Source: a virus (Duplodnaviria > Caudoviricetes). Taken from it: DNA of 26,380 nt. Where the stretch lies: positions 1 through 26,380 of IMG/VR virus record IMGVR_UViG_3300031951_001046; one strand, written 5' to 3'. The notes under the pieces were generated by a model, which was given only the letters and a program-made list of their open reading frames with translations, made no database searches and had not been told where the DNA came from. Below, one piece after another: positions 1 to 7,265 of this stretch; the first letter of the stretch is position 1, and each line of letters opens with the position of its first letter. The position numbers and the translations under genes are program-made.

Positions 1-1
1 G

Positions 2-109
2 GTGTCAAAGCTTTCTTCCGCTTTTGAACACAACGTCTGGAACCCAAACCAAACGCCGCTATGCGGATGGTGCCCGGTTAAAACATGCGAGTTCAACCCC
101 AAACATTAG
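2..109 (+). CDS. C-terminal fragment of a Cas4-like / PD-(D/E)XK exonuclease (truncated by the window edge)
   Basis: Manual translation of frame 2 gives VSKLSSAFEHNVWNPNQTPLCGWCPVKTCEFNPKH*, with TAG at 107-109. The terminal CxxC-x4-C cluster is typical of the Fe-S ligands of Cas4/AddB-like phage exonucleases. Confidence 0.7.
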   Translation: MSKLSSAFEHNVWNPNQTPLCGWCPVKTCEFNPKH

Positions 110-117
110 GAGCCAAC

Positions 118-348
118 ATGGCACGCGATTACAAAAAGGAATACAAGCAAGATCTGAAAACCGGAAAGTCTGGTCCCGGCAGTGACCAACACGAACGTCA
201 ACGCGCACGCCGTCTGTACGATAAAAAAGGAATTGACCGCGCAGGCAAAGACATCGACCACATCACGCCGTTGCGTAAGGGTGGAAAGTCAACGCCAAGC
301 AACCTGCGTCTGCGCTCGAAGAAAGCGAACCAGGGTGACAACAAGTGA
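118..348 (+). CDS. Small HNH endonuclease
   Basis: HNH motif DIDHITPLRKGG...NL...N. AGGAG at 108-112 favours ATG 118 over the track's start at 85. Confidence 0.85.
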   Translation: MARDYKKEYKQDLKTGKSGPGSDQHERQRARRLYDKKGIDRAGKDIDHITPLRKGGKSTPSNLRLRSKKANQGDNK

Positions 349-566
349 ATGAACTAACACCACAGCAGCTTGCGGATCTGTGGTATTTGAAGTACGAGTA
401 CACATGGGTTCCACGAGAAAAGCTGGACGAAGATTGGCGAAAGATAGCCAACACGTTGATGAAGAACAGCTTTCTCGATTACGAAATTGCAGGGGGGTGG
501 GCGTACATAACACCCCAACGCGAAGAGCGAGGCGTATCAGAAATCTTGCGGTTGAAAGGTATGTAA
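345..566 (+). CDS. Hypothetical accessory protein (73 aa)
   Basis: The GTG start overlaps the HNH TGA stop (GTGA), and the TAA stop directly abuts the helicase ATG, so it fills the gap exactly. Confidence 0.7.
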   Translation: MNELTPQQLADLWYLKYEYTWVPREKLDEDWRKIANTLMKNSFLDYEIAGGWAYITPQREERGVSEILRLKGM

Positions 567-2126
567 ATGCAAATAGTCGATAACAAAGCGCTGGTACTTC
601 GGACGCGCAACCCAGAGAAGTACAACATAATTCCGAAGTCGAAAGTAGTAAACGAAGTCAACGGTGTATACGAAGTAGCAGTTAAGTGGGGTCTTGATGA
701 GGTGCGAGTTCTTAGAAACTTAGGCGTCAAGAATGTCCCATCGCCAATCACTGCGCGATACGACTGGCCGGGGCGGTTTAAGCCTATGGCACACCAAATT
801 GACACGGCTGCTTTCCTCACGCTGAACCGGCGTGCGTTCGTGTTCTCTGAGCCGGGCACAGGTAAAACACTGTCTGCTCTGTGGGCAGCTGACTACCTGA
901 TGTCGACGAAGCAAGTGCGGCGCTGTCTGATTCTCTGTCCTATCTCAATTATGCACTCAGCGTGGATGCAGGATCTTCAGAACAGCATCATTCACCGTAG
1001 CGCAATCATCGCGCATCACCAACAAGCCGCACGCCGTATCGAGATGGTGCAGGGTGACTACGAGTTCGTGATAACAAACTATGACGGACTGAACCTGATT
1101 GCCGACGAGATTGTAAACGATGGGCGCTTTGATCTAATCATCGCTGACGAGGCCAACGCCTACAAGAACGTATCAACGAAGCGCTGGAAGTCACTGCTGA
1201 AGATCCTCAACCCGAACACGATGCTCTGGATGATGACGGGAACCCCAGCCTCGCAGTCACCGCTGGATGCCTATGGCCTAGCCAAGCTAGTCAACCCCAA
1301 CGGTGTGCCGCGCTTCTTCACCGCATGGCGGGACACGACCATGAACAAGGTGTCGATGTTCAAGTGGCTACCCAAGATGGATGCACAGGAGAAGATCCAC
1401 AACGCCCTGCAACCAGCAATACGTTTTACGAAAGCACAGTGCTTAGACTTACCGCCTGTCATTACCGAGACGCGAGAGGTGCCGCTCACTCCCCAGCAGA
1501 AGAAGTACTACATGATGTTGCGGGAGCAGATGCTGGTGCGTGCCGCAGGCGAGACGATCACCGCCGTGAACGCGGCAGGCGAAGTCAATAAGCTGTTGCA
1601 GATAAGTGCAGGTGCGGCTTACTCAGATAACGCCGAGGTCATCGAGTTTGACTGTACGCCAAGGCTGAACGTGCTAATGGAAGCGCTGGAGGAAACTAAC
1701 CGCAAGGTGCTGGTGTTTGCCCCCTACCGACATAGCATGGACACGATCACTACACACTTGCAGCAGAACAATATCGACTGCGAACAGATCCACGGTGACG
1801 TATCGCCCAACAAACGTACGCAGATCTTCAAGAAGTTTCAGGAGACAGACTCACCGCGTGTGCTGGTGATCCAGCCACAAGCCGCTTCGCACGGCGTTAC
1901 GTTGACTGCCGCCGATACAGTGATCTTCTGGGGGCCGGTGATGTCAACCGAAACCTACATCCAGTGCTGTGCGCGGTCAGACCGTAAGGGGCAGACCAGC
2001 GACAAGGTGACGGTAATACATATACAAGGTAGTGACATCGAGCGGAAGATGTTCAAGCGCTTAGCAGAACGTGTTGAGGATAACAATATGCTGGTCAAGC
2101 TGTACGAGGAGGTGTTGAAACCGTAG
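567..2126 (+). CDS. SNF2-like superfamily 2 helicase
   Basis: Motif I EPGTGKT, Ia ILCPISI, II IIADEAN, III MTGTP, V HGVTLTAAD, VI QCCARSDRKGQ. Confidence 0.92.
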   Translation: MQIVDNKALVLRTRNPEKYNIIPKSKVVNEVNGVYEVAVKWGLDEVRVLRNLGVKNVPSPITARYDWPGRFKPMAHQIDTAAFLTLNRRAFVFSEPGTGKTLSALWAADYLMSTKQVRRCLILCPISIMHSAWMQDLQNSIIHRSAIIAHHQQAARRIEMVQGDYEFVITNYDGLNLIADEIVNDGRFDLIIADEANAYKNVSTKRWKSLLKILNPNTMLWMMTGTPASQSPLDAYGLAKLVNPNGVPRFFTAWRDTTMNKVSMFKWLPKMDAQEKIHNALQPAIRFTKAQCLDLPPVITETREVPLTPQQKKYYMMLREQMLVRAAGETITAVNAAGEVNKLLQISAGAAYSDNAEVIEFDCTPRLNVLMEALEETNRKVLVFAPYRHSMDTITTHLQQNNIDCEQIHGDVSPNKRTQIFKKFQETDSPRVLVIQPQAASHGVTLTAADTVIFWGPVMSTETYIQCCARSDRKGQTSDKVTVIHIQGSDIERKMFKRLAERVEDNNMLVKLYEEVLKP

Positions 2127-2155
2127 TTGACAGGAAGTAAAATGTTGGACAAAAT
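2115..2155 (+). promoter_or_regulatory. Putative sigma70-type promoter(s), two overlapping candidates
   Basis: TTGAAA(2115-2120)-N17-TAAAAT(2138-2143) and TTGACA(2127-2132)-N17-CAAAAT(2150-2155), at the largest and AT-rich intergenic gap of the + arm. Confidence 0.6.
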
Positions 2156-2181
2156 TGTAAAAAATAAAAAGGAGCATGCAA

Positions 2182-2586
2182 ATGGAAGCAAATGAAATCC
2201 CAATTGATAAGCTGGTGCGTTCGTATCGCAACGTGCGCGCCAAGATTCAAGAACTAACCAAAGAGTACGAAACGAAGCTCGAAGGGCTGGAGAGCGTGAA
2301 GAACGAAATCTCCGGCGAGTTGAAGGACCGCATGCTGAAGATGGGCGGCAAGTCCTTGAACACCGCATCGGGCACAGTCATCCTGAGTACCAAGACGCGC
2401 TATTCAACGCAGGATTGGGACTCGTTTAAGAAGTTCGTTCTTGAGAATGAGGCAGTCGAGTTGTTGGAACGCCGCATCGCTCAGGGCAACATGAAGCAGT
2501 TTCTTGAAGAAAATCCCGGCGTGGTACCTCCGGGCCTAAACTCGGACAGCGAATACACGATAACTGTCCGCAAACCCACGAAGTAA
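2182..2586 (+). CDS. Conserved phage replication-module protein with N-terminal coiled coil (function unknown)
   Basis: AAGGAG at 2169-2174 lies 7 nt before ATG 2182. Heptad-rich N-terminus, then T.SGTV and DWDSFKKFV...LLERRI motifs. Lies upstream of the SSB-like gene. Confidence 0.75.
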   Translation: MEANEIPIDKLVRSYRNVRAKIQELTKEYETKLEGLESVKNEISGELKDRMLKMGGKSLNTASGTVILSTKTRYSTQDWDSFKKFVLENEAVELLERRIAQGNMKQFLEENPGVVPPGLNSDSEYTITVRKPTK

Positions 2587-2597
2587 AGGAGATGTAA

Positions 2598-2822
2598 ATG
2601 AGTACATATGTTTTAACAGCAACGCAAGTCATGCCTGTTGGTATGAAACAAGGTTTTAAAACCCTAAAAGAACTCAACGAAGCTTGGCTCGCTTTAGAAG
2701 GACGTGATTCATGGGGCGTTCAGTACATCACTGACGAAAAAACCAACGAAACAATTGCGTTTGTGTTAGCGCCTTGCGATCCTCAGCGCTACAAAGACGA
2801 TCAAGTAAGAATGGATAAATAA
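2598..2822 (+). CDS. Hypothetical accessory protein (74 aa)
   Basis: Strong RBS AAGGAG before the ATG. Fills the gap between two core genes. Three hand-counted 60-mers are 38-45% GC, against 57% in one 60-mer of the upstream gene. Confidence 0.7.
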   Translation: MSTYVLTATQVMPVGMKQGFKTLKELNEAWLALEGRDSWGVQYITDEKTNETIAFVLAPCDPQRYKDDQVRMDK

Positions 2823-2835
2823 AAAGGAGCTGCAA

Positions 2836-3735
2836 ATGAGTAACGTAGTTGCATTTAACCCAGCGCAAGTCCCGGCGTTTGCGAAAAAGGGCGAATTATC
2901 TGCCGTAGCTAAGGCTCTCACCGGTGGCGGTGGGGGCGGTGGTAAGCGTATCTCGATCAAAGGTGGTGTGTTCCGTCTGATGTCTGACGGTAAAGAAGTT
3001 GCCGCTATCGAAGAGCGCTACCTCGATGTGGTGATTGTCAATGCCGCTCAGAAGATTGGGCGCACGTTCTATGCTGGCGCTTACAACGCCGATGCCGCAA
3101 CGGCACCTAGTTGCTGGTCTGCTGATGGTGAGAAGCCCGATGCGTCTGCTAAAGACAAACAGGCAGAAACCTGTGCGTCTTGTCCCCAGAATATCAAGGG
3201 GTCTGGTGCCGGTGAATCGCGTGCTTGCCGCTACTCTCAGCGTCTTGCTGTGGTCCTGGCTAACGATGTTGAAGGCGATGTGCTTCAGTTGCAGCTTCCC
3301 GCAACGTCTATCTTCGGTAAAGAAGAAGGCGAGAACCGTCCTCTGCAAGCGTACGCACGCTGGCTGGCGGCTCAGTCGGTAAGCCCTGACACGGTTGTGA
3401 CACGGATGAAGTTCGATACCAAGTCTGAGTCCCCCAAGCTGTTCTTCAAGCCTATGCGCTGGCTGACAGACGAAGAGCACGAGGCTTCTATTAAGCAGGG
3501 TAAGACTGCTGATGCGCTCCGCGCTATCACCATGACGGTGGCGCAGACTGACTCCGTGCAGCCCGTTGCCATAGAGGGTAAGCCTCCTGCAAAGACTAAG
3601 GTAAAACCCGAACCCGAGGCTGTTGCCGAAGAAGTGGATGAGCCTGAAGTCCGCAAGGAGAAAGCCGCTCCAGCACCCACAGCTAAGAAATCAACCTTGG
3701 CTGATACAGTTGCAGAATGGGATACAGACGACTAA
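2836..3735 (+). CDS. Putative single-stranded DNA-binding protein (Cys cluster, acidic tail)
   Basis: AAGGAG RBS. Four Cys (CWS..., CASC, ACRY), a low-complexity P/E/K/A linker and an acidic aromatic C-terminus (EWDTDD). Located in the replication module. Confidence 0.65.
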   Translation: MSNVVAFNPAQVPAFAKKGELSAVAKALTGGGGGGGKRISIKGGVFRLMSDGKEVAAIEERYLDVVIVNAAQKIGRTFYAGAYNADAATAPSCWSADGEKPDASAKDKQAETCASCPQNIKGSGAGESRACRYSQRLAVVLANDVEGDVLQLQLPATSIFGKEEGENRPLQAYARWLAAQSVSPDTVVTRMKFDTKSESPKLFFKPMRWLTDEEHEASIKQGKTADALRAITMTVAQTDSVQPVAIEGKPPAKTKVKPEPEAVAEEVDEPEVRKEKAAPAPTAKKSTLADTVAEWDTDD

Positions 3736-3743
3736 CCTGATAC

Positions 3744-3763
3744 AGGGGTGCTTCGGCACCCCT
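3744..3763 (+). terminator. cUUCGg tetraloop hairpin after the SSB gene (weak terminator or mRNA-stabilising element)
   Basis: AGGGGTGC-TTCG-GCACCCCT is a perfect 8-bp stem starting 8 nt after the SSB stop. No long U-tract follows it. Confidence 0.55.
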
Positions 3764-3771
3764 TGGACGCT

Positions 3772-4053
3772 ATGCCTTACTCACAAAAGATAATCGAAAC
3801 AATACATGACGCCCCAGAAGGTCTTGGTACCGAGCTTGGGCGCTGGGCAGTGCGCCGTGACGTATCAATGCAGCGTATTTCCCAGATAGTCGGCGCGAGT
3901 CGACAAACGATTTACAACTGGTTTACGGGAGCAACCGATGTAACGCCAGCGTATCAAGAGCGCGTGGCGCAGGTGATTGCCGTATTAAAGAAAACATCTC
4001 AAACCGACGATGCGTGGAGAATTTTATGTACAACTTTCAACCTCAAGCTCTGA
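3772..4053 (+). CDS. Cro/XRE-like helix-turn-helix DNA-binding protein
   Basis: VSMQRISQIVGASRQTIYNWFTG is an HTH signature. ATG 3772 is preferred because the track's GTG at 3748 lies inside the hairpin. Confidence 0.8.
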   Translation: MPYSQKIIETIHDAPEGLGTELGRWAVRRDVSMQRISQIVGASRQTIYNWFTGATDVTPAYQERVAQVIAVLKKTSQTDDAWRILCTTFNLKL

Positions 4054-4208
4054 CCGATAAAGAACTAGTTAAGTACTGTGACCTGTGGTTAGACGATGAA
4101 AGTTTACCCATAGAAGCTCAGCGCGAACTCGTGAAGCGTCTTGCGGCGCGGATTCAAGAACTAGATAACGTAGTACATACGCTCGACAAAAAACTACACA
4201 ACGCGTAA
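4026..4208 (+). CDS. Small hypothetical protein (60 aa) with C-terminal coiled coil
   Basis: GGAG at 4016-4019 lies 6 nt before ATG 4026. Overlaps the 3' end of the HTH gene and stops just before the primase RBS. Confidence 0.65.
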   Translation: MYNFQPQALTDKELVKYCDLWLDDESLPIEAQRELVKRLAARIQELDNVVHTLDKKLHNA

Positions 4209-4222
4209 ACAAAGGGGACTTT

Positions 4223-7120
4223 ATGCAACCGCTTGATTTTCTAGCGGCTGTGCTTCCTTCCTCTGGCGTTTACTGCGTTGCTGAGTTCACGACTGCTAAG
4301 AAGGAACACATCTTCGTCGACACGCTCGATGAAGTGCTAGATGCTGCAAACAAGTTTGCGGCAGAGAATAAAGACGCGTACTTCGCCTTAGCGAACTTTC
4401 GTACGCCTGATAACCGCTTAGCTGACAACGCTAAGTCTATGAAGTCGTTGTTCATGGACGTAGACCTCGGCGGTGAGAAGGCCTACCAGAGTCGACAGGA
4501 AGCGATTGCCGCGTTCGAGAAGTTCATGGGGGAGACAGGCATGGCCGAACTCGGTCAGCCTATCGTCGTGTCATCGGGGGGTGGCTTTCACATCTACTGG
4601 CCTTTCGATGAGGAAGTGCCTATCGCTCAGTGGAAACCAATAGCTGAAAACTTTAAACGTCTGTGCAAGCAAGAAGGTCTGATCATCGACTGGAACTGCA
4701 CGGCTGACGCCGCGAGGGTACTGCGCGTACCGGGTACGTTTAACTTCAAGAAGGCTAAGCCACGCCCGGTCAAGGTTCTTCAGGCACACAGCAGGGAGTT
4801 TTCTCTGTTTGAGCTGGACTCCTTTATCAAGTCTAAGCTGAAGGCACCTACCTACGAGAACACGCTCGCCAGCCTACCGGGGCAACGTCCCAAGACTGCG
4901 CCCACTACGACAACGCTGAAGCTGATCGAGAATAGTGAAACGCTGTTCGCCCAGATCGCCAAGCGTACGGAAGAAGGTACAGGGTGCGGACAACTAGCTC
5001 ACTACATGAGCCATGCCCAAGAAGATGGGATGGAGCCGCTCTGGCGTGGGATGCTGTCATTAGCGCAAAAATGCGATGACGGTGGGGAGTGGGCGATTAA
5101 GCTGTCGGAACTGCACCCCTATACCCCAGACCGGATGGCGCAGAAGCTACGGGAGATCAAGGGGCCGTACCCCTGTCTGAAACTGGACTCTGAGAACCCC
5201 GGCATCTGCACAAGCTGTCCCCATTTCGGCAAGATCACCAACCCTTTGGCGCTGGGTCGGAAGCTGAAGGTAGAGACGGAAGCCAAGGAGATTGTCCTCC
5301 CAGAACCCGCAGAACAGACCGTAGACCTGCCCGAAGCCGCACCCATATCCACGACTACCCTGCGCAGACCAGCCGCGCCGAAGGGCTTTTCTTTCGGGGC
5401 AAAAGGCGGTGTGTTTCGGGACGTCAAGATGCAGGACGACGAAGGAAAAGATGTTACCAAGCAGGTAATGATTCTTCCCTATGACTTGTTTGTAGTTAAT
5501 ATCCTTCAGCACGAAGACGAGCACATGGTCCACATGGTAGCCCTGCGTGCCACAGGAGCGATGGAAGTCACGCTGAATCAGAGGGCGGTGGTATCCAAGG
5601 ACGAAACCCTGAAGGCGCTGGCTGAGCAGAACGTCCTAGCGTCTGGTGGCTGGAACGATAAAAACCTGTTCGAGTACGTCCGGTCGGCAGTGGAAGAAGC
5701 CTCCATCAACAACCGAGTCATCAAGGTGCCGCCCAGCTACGGATGGCAAGAGGACGGGACATTTGTCTTTAACGAGCATATCTATTCGGCTGGTCTGCCT
5801 CCACGGCACATCCCGATGCGGCACCTGGGCAACCTGAACAAAGCTTGTAGGCCAACCGGATCCATCGACGAGTGGCGCAAGGTGGTCAACATGATCATGC
5901 GGCACAAACTAGACGGCGTGCTGACGATGTCTCTGATCGCCTTTGCCACACCGCTGATGCGCTACACAACCTTTAACGGGTTGACATGGCACATCGGGTC
6001 AACAGATTCCGGTACGGGTAAGTCGCTCTCGATGGACCTCGTATCTAGCGTCTGGGGGCATCCGGTTTACTACCGCACAGGCAAAGGCACATCAGACGTA
6101 ACGATGCAGCAACGCCTTGGCCTGCTGAAGAACCTGCCCCTGCTGTCAGACGAGATCACACAGAAGAACCGCACTGCTCCTGAATGGTTCTCGGCTTTCT
6201 TGTTGGATATGTCTGAAGGTCAGGGTAAAGACCGGATGGAATCGGGAGCTAACAAAGAGCGAATCAATGACACGCAATGGCAGACGCAGACGCTATTCAC
6301 CTCCAATACGCACGCCAAGGACTTGCTGGATAGCCGGGAACATTCGTCCCAAGGTGAGATGCTTCGCTTGCTGGAGTGGAATCCGACCCAGGTTCTGAGC
6401 CTCACGCCTGAAGATGAAGCGCTGATCGAAAGCCTACGAATGAACTACGGCGTTGCTGGTCACATGTATGTGCAGTGGTTAGTGGATAACCCTGATAGGG
6501 CTAGGCAGGTGGTGCGTGAAGTCGGCATCAGACTGAAGAAAGAAATGAACTTCGTCAGTCAGGAACGCTTCTGGCAGGTTGGATGTACTACCGTGGTGGC
6601 TGGCGCAATGCTGGCGGCTGAAGCTGGGATTATGCGTTACCCCATCGAGACGGTGATTCGCTTTCTGAAGAGCCTAGTTGATGATGCCCGAGGCGTAAGG
6701 AAGGGCAATCTGCGCACGGCTGAAGATGTGCTGAACTCCTACACGTCAGACTACTACGGCAAACTTATTATCGTTAAGACATTGAACGGTGCGTTGACCG
6801 CTTCGCTTGGCGATGATGGGGTGATCGACGTCAGTACTTCACGGACTGAGGTCTGCGGTAGGGTTGAGCATGGCGTAACGCCGGGGCATATCGACTACTA
6901 CATCGAAGAGAAGCGCCTGAAGAAGTACTGCAACGAACACAGCTTCGGGTACTCAGACTTCAAGAAGGAGATGGAGAGTAAATACGCCGTGTCCTACCTG
7001 AAGAAAGATCTGATGTCGAAAACCAAGGGACCGCCAACCCGAGTCAACGCAATAAAGATCTCCCGGAAGATCGAGGGCGATGAAGAAACTAGTACGCCGC
7101 TATCCTTGGAAGCAGCTTAA
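4223..7120 (+). CDS. DNA primase-helicase: AEP/RepB-type primase, Cys-rich domain, DUF927-like region and P-loop helicase
   Basis: AEP motifs FMDVD, SSGGGFHIYW and DAARVLRVPGT. Cys cluster GCGQ...PYPC...CTSC. YGWQEDGTFV (DUF927-like). Walker A GSTDSGTGKS, Walker B LLSDE, then GQGKDR and FTSN. Confidence 0.88.
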   Translation: MQPLDFLAAVLPSSGVYCVAEFTTAKKEHIFVDTLDEVLDAANKFAAENKDAYFALANFRTPDNRLADNAKSMKSLFMDVDLGGEKAYQSRQEAIAAFEKFMGETGMAELGQPIVVSSGGGFHIYWPFDEEVPIAQWKPIAENFKRLCKQEGLIIDWNCTADAARVLRVPGTFNFKKAKPRPVKVLQAHSREFSLFELDSFIKSKLKAPTYENTLASLPGQRPKTAPTTTTLKLIENSETLFAQIAKRTEEGTGCGQLAHYMSHAQEDGMEPLWRGMLSLAQKCDDGGEWAIKLSELHPYTPDRMAQKLREIKGPYPCLKLDSENPGICTSCPHFGKITNPLALGRKLKVETEAKEIVLPEPAEQTVDLPEAAPISTTTLRRPAAPKGFSFGAKGGVFRDVKMQDDEGKDVTKQVMILPYDLFVVNILQHEDEHMVHMVALRATGAMEVTLNQRAVVSKDETLKALAEQNVLASGGWNDKNLFEYVRSAVEEASINNRVIKVPPSYGWQEDGTFVFNEHIYSAGLPPRHIPMRHLGNLNKACRPTGSIDEWRKVVNMIMRHKLDGVLTMSLIAFATPLMRYTTFNGLTWHIGSTDSGTGKSLSMDLVSSVWGHPVYYRTGKGTSDVTMQQRLGLLKNLPLLSDEITQKNRTAPEWFSAFLLDMSEGQGKDRMESGANKERINDTQWQTQTLFTSNTHAKDLLDSREHSSQGEMLRLLEWNPTQVLSLTPEDEALIESLRMNYGVAGHMYVQWLVDNPDRARQVVREVGIRLKKEMNFVSQERFWQVGCTTVVAGAMLAAEAGIMRYPIETVIRFLKSLVDDARGVRKGNLRTAEDVLNSYTSDYYGKLIIVKTLNGALTASLGDDGVIDVSTSRTEVCGRVEHGVTPGHIDYYIEEKRLKKYCNEHSFGYSDFKKEMESKYAVSYLKKDLMSKTKGPPTRVNAIKISRKIEGDEETSTPLSLEAA

Positions 7121-7265
7121 AAAGGGGCAGGGGTTTTTCGTCCCCTGCCTCGACACCGAAACCGTCCGTTTAGAGATAGCCAAAGCCGCCATAGGTTCTG
7201 GCGTTTACGGCAAGACACATGTCTGTATCTTTAACGGGCGGCTTGGCGTTCTGTTCGTGCGCTGA
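7080..7265 (+). CDS. Small basic hypothetical protein (61 aa)
   Basis: The YPWKQLKKGQGFFVPC start resembles small phage proteins I recall downstream of such primases. Overlaps the primase end by 41 nt and the convergent giant gene by 35 nt. RBS spacing is short. Confidence 0.6.
   Translation: MKKLVRRYPWKQLKKGQGFFVPCLDTETVRLEIAKAAIGSGVYGKTHVCIFNGRLGVLFVR
7119..7151 (-). terminator. Intrinsic terminator of the late (minus-strand) transcript
   Basis: The minus strand reads GGCAGGGG-ACGAAAAA-CCCCTGCC-CC-TTTTT, an 8-bp GC-rich stem plus T5, about 80 nt past the giant gene's stop. Confidence 0.6.

Noticed and set aside
118-348. HNH gene as a mobile homing endonuclease or intron
   Set aside because: At 76 aa it has no extra DNA-binding domain, the neighbouring genes are not interrupted and there is no room for intron structure.
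1147-1158. DEAN instead of DEAH/DEAD in helicase motif II as a sign of inactivation
   Set aside because: The catalytic DE pair and the other motifs are intact, and the fourth position varies among phage SF2 helicases.
2592-2597. ATG-TAA start-stop minigene before ORF 2598, and ATG-AAC-TAA at 349-357
   Set aside because: ATG 2592 directly abuts the AGGAG, so the spacing fits ATG 2598. There is no independent support for either mini-ORF.
2920-2943. Poly-Gly run in the SSB gene as a phase-variable tract
   Set aside because: Mixed GGT/GGC/GGG codons rather than a pure repeat, consistent with a flexible linker.
479-6405. Minus-strand ORFs within the replication arm (e.g. 479-859, 1955-2368, 2896-3480)
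   Set aside because: They are antisense shadows of motif-supported genes.
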